A DNA stretch of 63,065 bases, counting the filler, from Octopus bimaculoides (taxonomy: Eukaryota): NCBI RefSeq assembly GCF_001194135.2. It is 5 parts of 5 records of this genome, joined end to end, with 100 filler letters (N's around TTAATTAATTAA, not from the genome) between each part and the next. Parts side by side here need not be neighbours in the genome. Positions count along the whole stretch, not along the records: positions 1 to 26,180 come from NC_068988.1; positions 26,281 to 39,232 come from NC_068985.1; 3 more parts are not named here. The stretch is one strand, 5' to 3'. Position 1 is the first letter of the stretch; every line of letters begins with the position of its first letter. Under the pieces are notes generated by a model. That model saw only the letters and a program-made list of their open reading frames with translations. It had not been told where the DNA came from and ran no database searches. Shown here one piece after another: positions 15,421 through 28,045 of this stretch. A program made the translations under genes and the position numbers.

Positions 15421-15811
15421 TCGCACGCACACACAACATTAAAAAGTGGGATATTACATACGCATTATATACAGTTTTATATTTGTATAATGAGCAAATA
15501 TATATATATAGGTTTGTATGTATGTATGTATGTCTAATGATATTCATATTAATTGGAATTAGGCGATCCGACTGCTGGCAGCGTTTAGCGAATGTCAAAA
15601 GATCATAGAACGAGATAAGGTTATTACATCTGTCTAAATACCCGAGAACTAAGAGAGCCGCTCACCCTTTCCTGAGACATAAAAACAAAAGAAGAAGATA
15701 CATCAAATGCTTATGAATATCCCTAATTCCGCTACGTCTTTCTTTTCTCCTCTCCATCAATTCTGACTGATGTAACAGAAGACTATCAAAATATATAATA
15801 TAACATATCAT

Positions 15812-15856
<45 letters not shown>

Positions 15857-16371
15857 CAAAGCATAACAGACCTAACAACGGAAAGCGAGTGGTTGAATTT
15901 ATTCTGATGTTATGATACCGACTGCATTTAGCTGGAATGTGATAATGCACTTAAAAAAATGATTAGACTAATAAATATTCATAATTATCGATTGCCGATG
16001 TCGTAGATATTGTTTATTTTTTATTTGGTATTTTTACATTATTATGTATTATTTTATTATTTTTGCTCTTCCATTTCTGTGTCATATTATTAGTTTCATT
16101 TATTTATTTATTTATTTAGTATTCCACTTCTCCTGTCCTTTACATAGCCGAATCCTCATTAAATAGAATTAATGAGAGTACATCTCATTATCTAAGAGAC
16201 TCTGTCTTTACACTTAGGAATTAAGAGACACGTGTACAAATTGTATCTGTATTATACATAAATTTGTTGTTGTTGCAGTTGTTTTTGCTATCGTTGTTGT
16301 TGTCGTTGGTGTTTTTGTTGCTGTTGTTGTTCTTTTTGTGGCAATTATTGTTTTCAATGTCTACCGTTATA

Positions 16372-16455
<84 letters not shown>

Positions 16456-16939
16456 TCGNNNNNNNNNNNNNNNNNNNNNNNNNNNNNNNNNNNNNNNNNN
16501 NNNNNNNNNNNNNNNNNNNNNNNNNNNNNNNNNNNNNNNNNNNNNNNNNNNNNNNNNNNNNNNNNNNNNNNNNNNNNNNNNNNNNNNNNNNNNNNNNNNN
16601 NNNNNNNNNNNNNNNNNNNNNNNNNNNNNNNNNNNNNNNNNNNNNNNNNNNNNNNNNNNNNNNNNNNNNNNNNNNNNNNNNNNNNNNNNNNNNNNNNNNN
16701 NNNNNNNNNNGGGGGGGGGGGAGGTGGCGAACTGGCAGAGTCGTTACCGGACCGGGAAAAATGTTTCGCAGAATTTCTTTCGACTATTTGCGTTCTGAGT
16801 TCGAATCTAGCCGAGATCAACTTTCTTTTTAAATACTTTCTGATTCGAAAAATAAATACCAATCGAGCAAGTGTACAAATGTGTGCGTATATACATACAT
16901 ACAAATATATATATGTATATATAGGTGTGTGTGTGTATA

Positions 16940-17243
16940 CGCATATAAGTACTAAGCTTACAAAGAATAAGTCCTGGGGTCGATTTGCTCGACTAAACGC
17001 GGTGCTCCAGCATGGCCGCAGTCAAATTACTGAAACAAGTAAAAGAGTAAAAGAATATATGTGTATGTATGTATGTACGAATATATAGACACGGCTGTGT
17101 GATAAAAAGCTTCGTTCTCAGCCATATGGTTCCGGGTTCAGTCCCACTGTGTGACACCTTGGGCAAGTGTATACTACTATAATCTGGGTCCGACCAAAAC
17201 CTTGTGAGTGGATTTGGTAGACGGAAACTGAAAGAAGCTCGTC

Positions 17244-17250
<7 letters not shown>
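16940..17250 (+). mobile_element. SINE family A: a 3' tail fragment followed by a 5' half
   Basis: 16940-17050 is the tail (..ccagcatggccgcagtcaaattactgaaacaagtaaaagagt). 17088-17246 is head and CORE-like block running into (TA)n and a gap. Confidence 0.85.
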
Positions 17251-17279
<29 letters not shown>

Positions 17280-18211
17280 NNNNNNNNNNNNNNNNNNNNN
17301 NNNNNNNNNNNNNNNNNNNNNNNNNNNNNNNNNNNNNNNNNNNNNNNNNNNNNNNNNNNNNNNNNNNNNNNNNNNNNNNNNNNNNNNNNNNNNNNNNNNN
17401 NNNNNNNNNNNNNNNNNNNNNNNNNNNNNNNNNNNNNNNNNNNNNNNNNNNNNNNNNNNNNNNNNNNNNNNNNNNNNNNNNNNNNNNNNNNNNNNNNNNN
17501 NNNNNNNNNNNNNNNNNNNNNNNNNNNNNNNNNNNNNNNNNNNNNNNNNNNNNNNNNNNNNNNNNNNNNNNNNNNNNNNNNNNNNNNNNNNNNNNNNNNN
17601 NNNNNNNNNNNNNNNNNNNNNNNNNNNNNNNNNNNNNNNNNNNNNNNNNNNNNNNNNNNNNNNNNNNNNNNNNNNNNNNNNNNNNNNNNNNNNNNNNNNN
17701 NNNNNNNNNNNNNNNNNNNNNNNNNNNNNNNNNNNNNNNNNNNNNNNNNNNNNNNNNNNNNNNNNNNNNNNNNNNNNNNNNNNNNNNNNNNNNNNNNNNN
17801 NNNNNNNNNNNNNNNNNNNNNNNNNNNNNNNNNNNNNNNNNNNNNNNNNNNNNNNNNNNNNNNNNNNNNNNNNNNNNNNNNNNNNNNNNNNNNNNNNNNN
17901 NNNNNNNNNNNNNNNNNNNNNNNNNNNNNNNNNNNNNNNNNNNNNNNNNNNNNNNNNNNNNNNNNNNNNNNNNNNNNNNNNNNNNNNNNNNNNNNNNNNN
18001 NNNNNNNNNNNNNNNNNNNNNNNNNNNNNNNNNNNNNNNNNNNNNNNNNNNNNNNNNNNNNNNNNNNNNNNNNNNNNNNNNNNNNNNNNNNNNNNNNNNN
18101 NNNNNNNNNNNNNNNNNNNNNNNNNATGTGTGTATGTATGTGTGTGCGTGTATGTATGTATGCGTGGATGGATGGTTGGGTGTATGTGTATGTACGCATA
18201 TATATGCATGC

Positions 18212-18242
<31 letters not shown>

Positions 18243-18489
18243 CATGCATGTATGTATGTGTATATATGTGAGTATGTATGGATGTAAGCATGTATATGTG
18301 TATGTATGGGTGTGAATGCTTGTTTGTGAGTGTGTATGCACAACCTTTTGTATGTATGTGTTAACGAATGTATATATACTAACGTAAGTAGATATAGATG
18401 TCCACATATGTACCTATACATGCACACATTCACAAATACAGACACACGGATATATATTTACATACATACACAAACTCACATATATACAC

Positions 18490-18520
<31 letters not shown>

Positions 18521-18734
18521 TACACAAACAACCACAGTTGTCTATATAATCGGAATAAAGACTGCTCATTTTATTCACTCGCTCATTTATTTGCTCGGAG
18601 AGGTTTTGTCACTTGAAGAATTCCACAGAGCGAGAAACTCTGGTGATGGAGTAAAACATCAGCTTTCAACGAATGAGCATTTATGTCTGTCTGTCTGTGC
18701 GTAAGTATAAACACGCACCCACGCGGGCACTGAT

Positions 18735-19027
18735 ACTGTATCGGTCACGACGACAAGGGTTTCAGTGGATCCGATCAGCGGAAAAAGCCTTCTCATGAAA
18801 TTATCGTGCAAGTGGCTGAGTACTCCACAGATACGCTTGTCCTGAATCGGCACGAGACAGAATATGACAATATGAAATACAGGTACGACTCGTTTTTGCT
18901 AGTTGAGTGACCTGAAGCAGCGTGGAATGAAGTGTCTTGCTCAGGGACTCAACACGCCGCCGGGGATTGAATTGACGGCGTTACGATCATGAGCATAATA
19001 CGCTAACCCCTGAGTCACGCGCCTTCA
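18735..19027 (-). mobile_element. SINE family B variant (same head and tail, different middle), diverged
   Basis: B-type tail (gtggagtactcagccacttgcacg..tcggatcc) with a different central block (gagcaagacacttcattccacgctgc..aactagcaaaaacgagtcgtacctgtatttc). Confidence 0.75.
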
Positions 19028-19053
19028 CACACACACACACGCATGTATGTATG

Positions 19054-19103
<50 letters not shown>

Positions 19104-19709
19104 NNNNNNNNNNNNNNNNNNNNNNNNNNNNNNNNNNNNNNNNNNNNNNNNNNNNNNNNNNNNNNNNNNNNNNNNNNNNNNNNNNNNNNNNNNNNNNNNN
19201 NNNNNNNNNNNNNNNNNNNNNNNNNNNNNNNNNNNNNNNNNNNNNNNNNNNNNNNNNNNNNNNNNNNNNNNNNNNNNNNNNNNNNNNNNNNNNNNNNNNN
19301 NNNNNNNNNNNNNNNNNNNNNNNNNNNNNNNNNNNNNNNNNNNNNNNNNNNNNNNNNNNNNNNNNNNNNNNNNNNNNNNNNNNNNNNNNNNNNNNNNNNN
19401 NNNNNNNNNNNNNNNNNNNNNNNNNNNNNNNNNNNNNNNNNNNNNNNNNNNNNNNNNNNNNNNNNNNNNNNNNNNNNNNNNNNNNNNNNNNNNNNNNNNN
19501 NNNNNNNNNNNNNNNNNNNNNNNNNNNNNNNNNNNNNNNNNNNNNNNNNNNNNNNNNNNNNNNNNNNNNNNNNNNNNNNNNNNNNNNNNNNNNNNNNNNN
19601 NNNNNNNNNNNNNNNNNNNNNNNNNNNNNNNNNNNNNNNNNNNNNNNNNNNNNNNNNNNNNNNNNNNNNNNNNNNNNNNNNNNNNNNNNNNNNNNNNTAT
19701 ATACATACA

Positions 19710-19872
19710 CGACGGTCTTCTTTCAGTTTCCGTCTACCAAATCCTCTCACAAGGCTTTGGTCGGCCCGAAGCTATAGTAGAAGGCATTTGCCCAAGGTGT
19801 TGCACGGTGGGACTGAACCCGGAACCATGTGGTTTGGAAACAAACTTCCTAACACGCACCAGCGCCTGCGCC
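19710..19872 (-). mobile_element. SINE family A, 5' half
   Basis: Head ggcgcaggcgctggtgcgtgttagg..ggttcagtcccacc..ccttgggcaaatgcc; abuts a gap at the internal microsatellite. Confidence 0.88.
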
Positions 19873-20355
19873 TATACCATACATATTTCAAAAATTCAAC
19901 CAAAACACAACCATCGGAAAATTGTACAAAACTATATCAAACAAAATACTCGTAGTTAATTCCTCATCAGCCAACATCTTAAAGATCATTACAGTTTCGC
20001 GCCTTTAACGCTGATATGAAATGTTTCGCTCAACAACACAACGCACCACCGTATCTATATTTACAGATAAAAGAACATGTAAAGAGCAGAACTTAGACGA
20101 TGAGAGATCAGAGAGTTGATGGCGAATTGGTAGAATTGCAAGGATGTAGCACAAATTATTTCTGCGCTGTTTCTTTTAAGTGTCCGCATCGAGGAAAACT
20201 TTATTGTCATAGTAAGGATGTTGTTTCAGGTGTGCACAAAAATACACAAATATGCTTTTGCTTTGTAATATCCAAGTCATTTTCGTTTCCATGCTATTTT
20301 GGTGTATTATCAAAGAATGTGTATCTGTTTGTCTACCTGTCTGCCGGATTGTCAA

Positions 20356-20427
<72 letters not shown>

Positions 20428-21362
20428 CCAGTCTGTCCGTCCATCTATCTTTATCTATCTGTATATTATGTACGCATACATATATACGTGTATAAAGACA
20501 GGAGTAGAAAGGTATATCTTTATATAACTTTTTGTATGCGTGTGCGTGTGCGTGCGCGTGCACGCGTGTGTATTATAAATATATACGTATGTGTATATAT
20601 ATGACTAAACACATACATATATATATTTGTATATATATATATATATATATATATANNNNNNNNNNNNNNNNNNNNNNNNNNNNNNNNNNNNNNNNNNNNN
20701 NNNNNNNNNNNNNNNNNNNNNNNNNNNNNNNNNNNNNNNNNNNNNNNNNNNNNNNNNNNNNNNNNNNNNNNNNNNNNNNNNNNNNNNNNNNNNNNNNNNN
20801 NNNNNNNNNNNNNNNNNNNNNNNNNNNNNNNNNNNNNNNNNNNNNNNNNNNNNNNNNNNNNNNNNNNNNNNNNNNNNNNNNNNNNNNNNNNNNNNNNNNN
20901 NNNNNNNNNNNNNNNNNNNNNNNNNNNNNNNNNNNNNNNNNNNNNNNNNNNNNNNNNNNNNNNNNNNNNNNNNNNNNNNNNNNNNNNNNNNNNNNNNNNN
21001 NNNNNNNNNNNNNNNNNNNNNNNNNNATATATATATATATATATATATATACATATGTATATGTCGATGCATATTTATATGCATATATGTATGTATTTGT
21101 AAATATCTATGTACATATATGTACATATATGTATGCATATCTATCCAAATGTTTGTCGTTATTTATATGCGTGTGTGCCTCTGTGTGCGCATGTGTGTAC
21201 TTCTAAACACACGGGAGTCGTGTGTATCTGGAGATATGTGTCAAATTTCAGTGGAGAAAGTAAAGTGTGACCTGCCGAAGCGATAGAGATCTTTCTTTAC
21301 AACATCGTGCGAACAAATATTCCTTTGATCTGTTTCTATAAGCGAACAGGATTAAACTCTTC

Positions 21363-21453
<91 letters not shown>

Positions 21454-21890
21454 ACTCTTGCTTTCCTACAAAGATGCCTGTATAACTTACGCAAACTGTG
21501 AACGTAGCGTAATCGCATACAGACATCAATGTTCACTAGAAGGACGCTGGTGTATTTATATGTATAATTATAGAACAATATATATATATGTACTTTCACA
21601 TTATATATACGTGCATATATATGCATTCACAAAGAAACAGATTGTTAATGATACACGAATATTCTGAAAACTTACATGCGAAATATCTACATACGTATGA
21701 ACATATTGTTGAATCGCCATGCATATAGACATGTTTACATAGAAGACTATAAACCAATATCATACACGCACACCACACACAAACATACACCACACACACA
21801 CACTCACAAGCACTCACACACAAGCACACAAATACACACACGCACACAAGCACACACATACACACATACAAACACACACACACAAGCACG

Positions 21891-21931
<41 letters not shown>

Positions 21932-22015
21932 TCAGAAGCAAATACATGCATACACACACACATATGTATGTTTGTATGTATGTATGTATATGTATATGTA
22001 TGTACATATGTATGC

Positions 22016-22051
<36 letters not shown>

Positions 22052-22379
22052 CTATCTATCTACNNNNNNNNNNNNNNNNNNNNNNNNNNNNNNNNNNNNN
22101 NNNNNNNNNNNNNNNTATATATATATATATATGTATGTATACATGTAACATATATATATATTCTTTTATTCTTTTATATTTTCAGCCCTGAAACTGTAGC
22201 CATGCTGGGGCATCGCCAGTGTAATCACCTTTCAATTGGTCAATTCTATGTGACTGGCTTTTGGTGAAAGAGGGAGCTCGATACTGCTGCCCACTTTTGA
22301 GTTTCCTGCCTTGATATTGGTCCATCTGGGATCTTGGATAACAAGAGGTCAAATTGTGTGTTCGTGTGTGTATCTGCAC

Positions 22380-22412
<33 letters not shown>

Positions 22413-23353
22413 CTGACAGTGACTGTTATCCTTCAAAACTCTGATCGAGAATTCCCTATCGCTAAATCATCCATGCATTTTTTATGGTCAATACATATAT
22501 GCTGATAGATAATCAAGCTCAGATCGGCCGAGCGAGCGGTGCTTACTGACGACGCTACGGAAATAGCCGAAACTGATCGGTAAATATAGAGAATGGTCGA
22601 TCAGTGTTTTGGGCGATTGCAGTCCCTGTCATGATACACGTATGCAATGTTTTGCTTTAACTAAAGCATTAGAACATTTTAGTTTTTTCTTTCTAGCAAT
22701 TTAGGCATTGTAACACCCTTACCCGCATTTAGTAACTACAGATATATATATATATATATATATANNNNNNNNNNNNNNNNNNNNNNNNNNNNNNNNNNNN
22801 NNNNNNNNNNNNNNNNNNNNNNNNNNNNNNNNNNNNNNNNNNNNNNNNNNNNNNNNNNNNNNNNNNNNNNNNNNNNNNNNNNNNNNNNNNNNNNNNNNNN
22901 NNNNNNNNNNNNNNNNNNNNNNNNNNNNNNNNNNNNNNNNNNNNNNNNNNNNNNNNNNNNNNNNNNNNNNNNNNNNNNNNNNNNNNNNNNNNNNNNNNNN
23001 NNNNNNNNNNNNNNNNNNNNNNNNNNNNNNNNNNNNNNNNNNNNNNNNNNNNNNNNNNNNNNNNNNNNNNNNNNNNNNNNNNNNNNNNNNNNNNNNNNNN
23101 NNNNNNNNNNNNNNNNNNNNNNNNNNNNNNNNNNNNNNNNNNNNNNNNNNNNNNNNNNNNNNNNNNNNNNNNNNNNNNNNNNNNNNNNNNNNNNNNNNNN
23201 NNNNNNNNNNNNNNNNNNNNNNNNNNNNNNNNNNNNNNNNNNNNNNNNNNNNNNNNNNNNNNNNNNNNNNNNNNNNNNNNNNNNNNNNNNNNNNNNNNNN
23301 NNNNNNNNNNNNNNNNNNNNNNNNNNNNNNNNNNNNNNNNNNNNNNNNNNNNN

Positions 23354-23385
<32 letters not shown>

Positions 23386-24934
23386 CAGCGTCTACATGAT
23401 TCTTCGTTCGTATAATTATCTATAATTTTCTGTAAATCCAATAAATTAACGCTGTCATTATGTAAGAACTCACGCAAGACACAGCACACATCGCACTCAC
23501 ACAGAAAAATACCCACAAACGCATATACATACATATGTCTATAATTGATTTATTTCTACGCTCGCCAACATGCACTCTTTCATGCCGACTTGCGATAATG
23601 CGATAAGATGTCTGTAATGGATTGAGCCCGAATTAATTACACCAAATTATCTCTCTCATTTTCTATCACTTTCCTTTTTTCTTTCGATATTTTTATGTGT
23701 GATGTGTGCACGTGTGTGTATATATGTGATGTATGTGTGTGTGTGTGTGTGCGTGTTTGTGATGTGTATGCTCGTATAAGTATAGTTTTCTAAGTGTGTA
23801 TACATACATGCACACACACACACACATACATATGAATGCATATATATACATATATTATATGTGTAAATGTATACGTGTGTATGTGTGTGTGTGATATATA
23901 TGTATGTGTGTATGTAGCTATGTGTGTGACTATATATATAGATAAAAATATATAAATATAAATGCATCTACCCACACACATATGCGTATATATAATAACC
24001 CCTCACGTATATATGTATGTTCGTACGTACGTACGTATGTATGTATATATCTATCTATCTGTCATTCTATCTACCTCTCTGAGTGTATACACACACACAC
24101 CTATGTATGTATGCATCTATAAACATACATATGCAGTTAAAAGCTGGTTATGGCAGGCTAGTGGTGGGATGGTGGAAAGTATAAGGTATCTCGTAGTGTT
24201 CAGTGTTGAATAATAATGAAGAATGAATTAAGAAACTAAACTAAAATTTAAATACAGTATGAAAATTATAATCAATTAATGAATTAATGAATTAGATAAA
24301 GCTTTTCTTAAAATCAAAATTAATGAGAATAGACCGAATTCAGGAGTTTAGTGAGTGTATAACAGAGGACAATGGCAGAACTAGGAGAAAAAAGCAGGAA
24401 TAGAAATGGAAAGAAAATAAGAAATAAAAGAAATAAAGGTAACTTAATATTTTGTATAATGGTTATTGTTCTTTGAGAATTGATGTATATTAATTTTGTG
24501 GTCAACAGGTTCGTTACGCTTGTAAATTGAGTTATTTGTTTTGGTGCCGACACTTCGAAATTAGTTCTAACTTATATTTCTAATATTTATTTATTACGGG
24601 TTCGATAAATACGGGTTCGATAAATTAAGTACCAGTTACGTACTTGGGTCGGTTTAATCGACTGGCCCTCTCCCCAAAAATGTTGGGCCTTGTGCCTAGA
24701 GTAGAAAAGAATATTTANNNNNNNNNNNNNNNNNNNNNNNNNNNNNNNNNNNNNNNNNNNNNNNNNNNNNNNNNNNNNNNNNNNNNNNNNNNNNNNNNNN
24801 NNNNNNNNNNNNNNNNNNNNNNNNNNNNNNNNNNNNNNNNNNNNNNNNNNNNNNNNNNNNNNNNNNNNNNNNNNNNNNNNNNNNNNNNNNNNNNNNNNNN
24901 NNNNNNNNNNNNNNNNNNNNNNNNNNNNNNNNNN

Positions 24935-25006
<72 letters not shown>

Positions 25007-26040
25007 AAGAGAGAGAAAGAGAGAGAAAGAGAGAAAGATGCATATATAAGTACGCATATATGTGTATATATATATTTATGCATATACACGCACACATACG
25101 GATATCTGTATGTACACACCCACAGTTTCACACAGAGGCATATATAGATAAATTTGTGTGTGTGTGCGTGCGTGTATGTCCGCATTCTGCATACTCACTC
25201 GCTCACACACAAACGCACACACACACACACACACATGTTCACAGATTCAAAAACCAAGCACAACTATGTACATAAATTTCGGTTTGTTACTAAACTAACG
25301 CAAAGAATTCTGTCTCCTCTCTTCATATTCCTTTCTATCAAAACTCTACGCGGGATGAGATTATATTGGTAGCCGAGACAGCTAAGGATTATTAACTTTA
25401 ATCCTACTGCAGTTCTACTTTAAATCCACGTATTAACGCAATCGCCGGGTCAGGCAGTGTCGCGGTAAGCAGTCGCTCAGAATGATTCGTTGAATGGCCG
25501 CTGTTCCAGAGAAGAATGGTTTAATGGGTTTAGTATTATGAGATTTCGATGCTTACGGCACAGTGTTGTGGTTTACAGGAGAAATGGCTGTTGTTGTTGT
25601 TACTGTCCTCGTTGTTGCTATTTTTTCCCGATCTCCAGGTGAGCCTCAATCATGTGATCCAATCTTCAAGACCATTGCAACTTCGACTATCATTTTTTTC
25701 TCTCTGTCTGCCTCTGTCTCTCTGTCTCTCTCTCTCACACTCTTTCTCTCTACAAAATGAGTGGGTAAAAAAACATTCAATGTCAAGATATTTTTTTAAT
25801 GGAATTTATAAATTTTGAGTTTTAATTCACCTGGAGAAAACGACATTATTCATGATGTAATCGGTTTATTCTTAAGAAAAAAAAGCGCCTGAAACAGTTG
25901 TAGGGAAACTCAGCCCACTTGTGTTCTTTATTTCTTCAGCTATCTGTCTGTCGGTCTCTCTCTCCATACATATATATATGTGTTTGTGTGTATGTGTTTA
26001 TATAAGTTTACATATCTATATAAAGATATATGTATATATG

Positions 26041-26082
<42 letters not shown>

Positions 26083-26180
26083 TACATATATATAGATACA
26101 TATATATAGATGCATACATATATATATATATACATACACACACACACACACACACACACATATGTATATATATATATATA

Positions 26181-26280
26181 NNNNNNNNNNNNNNNNNNNN
26201 NNNNNNNNNNNNNNNNNNNNNNNNTTAATTAATTAANNNNNNNNNNNNNNNNNNNNNNNNNNNNNNNNNNNNNNNNNNNN
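26181..26280. other. Artificial 100-bp scaffold-join spacer (44 N + TTAATTAATTAA + 44 N); identical spacers at 39233-39332, 53036-53135, 58815-58914
   Basis: All four have the same geometry by count. TTAATTAATTAA encodes stops in all six frames. Confidence 0.93.
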
Positions 26281-26419
26281 GTATGTATATATATATGCAT
26301 GTCTGTATATATATATATGTATGTATGTATATATATATATGTATGTATGTATATATGTATGTATATATATATGTATGTATATATGTATGTATATATATAT
26401 GTATGTATATATGTATGTG

Positions 26420-26454
<35 letters not shown>

Positions 26455-26954
26455 GTATATATGTATGTATATATATATATGTATATATGTATGTATATAT
26501 ATATGTATGTAAATATATATGTATGTATATATATATATGTGAATATGTGTATGTTTATTTGTGAATATGTATATATGTGAATATATATATATGTATATAC
26601 GTTTGTGTGTATGTGTATATACGTGTGTGTGTACATACGGTAAAAGAATTACAATAATAAGGGACCACACAGTTGTTACAGCTGCAAACTTAGATCATCA
26701 ATACGCGTTGCGAAGGCGGGGAGGAATGGGGCTTGAAAAATGGTCGGATCATATAGGAACGAGGCTGCAAGGAGTGGCAACACCAAACGCGAATAACAAT
26801 AGACGCACACACAAGCATACATAGGCACACACTCGCATAGATATATGCATAAAACCCTTCATCTGCTCCGTTTCCCCTCCATTCCTCTCCCTTCTCGTTG
26901 CTTTTTCTCTATTCTTTTGATTCTCTCTTCTTATCCCCCTTAATGTGTGTGTGT

Positions 26955-27000
<46 letters not shown>

Positions 27001-27204
27001 TATATATGCGTATGTATGAGCAGCGTGTTATTTATACACATGCATAAATTAGAAATGTATATTTAATAAGACGGAACATACGGGTGTCTGTATATATATA
27101 TATATATATGTACGTCTATTTCTAGCTAACCCCCACTTTTTCTGCTTCTTTCTTTCTACATCCCTCCAGTTGTCATAATATACATCTGTACAAACATTAT
27201 ATAT

Positions 27205-27575
27205 GGCTCTATGGTCGGTCCTACTGCGTGGCACTTTGGGCAAGTGTCTTCTGCTATAGCCTCGTGAGAGGGTTTTGTAGGTGGAGACTGAACGAAGCCC
27301 GTCATATATACATACAAACATACATGTGCGTGTGTGTGTATGCGTGCTTGCGTACGTGCGTGCGTGTGTGTGTGTGTGTTTTTGTGTTTTCCCCTACCAT
27401 CAATTATCAACCAGTTTTCGTTTGGTTAAGTCCTCGTAACTTAGCGGTTTGGCAATAGGGAGCGACAGAATATTACCTAGCTTAAAAGAAAAGAAGTACT
27501 AGGGTCAGTTTGTTCGACAAAAACCTTTCAAAGCAGTGTTCCAGCACGGCCGCAGTCCAATGACTGAAACAATAC
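27205..27575 (+). mobile_element. SINE family A, diverged 5'-truncated copy
   Basis: CORE-like block, internal (TG)n tract and tail are all recognisable. Confidence 0.8.
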
Positions 27576-27644
27576 CTATACTCTACCCCCAGTGTCAGAG
27601 TACTCTTTTCAACTTCGTTTTACATTTATGTGTTTACTCTGGTA

Positions 27645-28045
27645 AGTGACTGAGCACTCTACAGACACGTGTACCCTTAAAGTAGTTCTCGGGAAGATTC
27701 GGCGAGACACATGATGTGACGAAGCTGGACCTTTGAAATGCAAGTACTACTCACTTTTACCAGCTGAGTTGACTGAAGCAACTTTAAATAAAGAGTCATG
27801 TTCAAGGACACAACGCACCATCTGGAATCGAACTCACTACCATACGACCGTGAGCCGAATACCCTAACCACTAAGCCCCACAACTTCACTGCATTTAACT
27901 GGGCTAGCCTTGTCACAGTCTGAGCCACGCTGAATGCACCCGAGAACTACGTTAAGAGGACGCGTCTGCGGAATGCTCAGCCACTTACACGTTAATTTCA
28001 CGAGCAAGTTGTTCCATTAATCGGATCAACTGGAACAAACATTGT
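27645..28045. mobile_element. Two family B pieces in opposite orientation (27645-27877 on -, 27905-28045 on +)
   Basis: Both carry the gagaactacgttaagggtacacgtgtctgtggagtgctcagccactt block, as reverse complements of each other. Confidence 0.75.
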
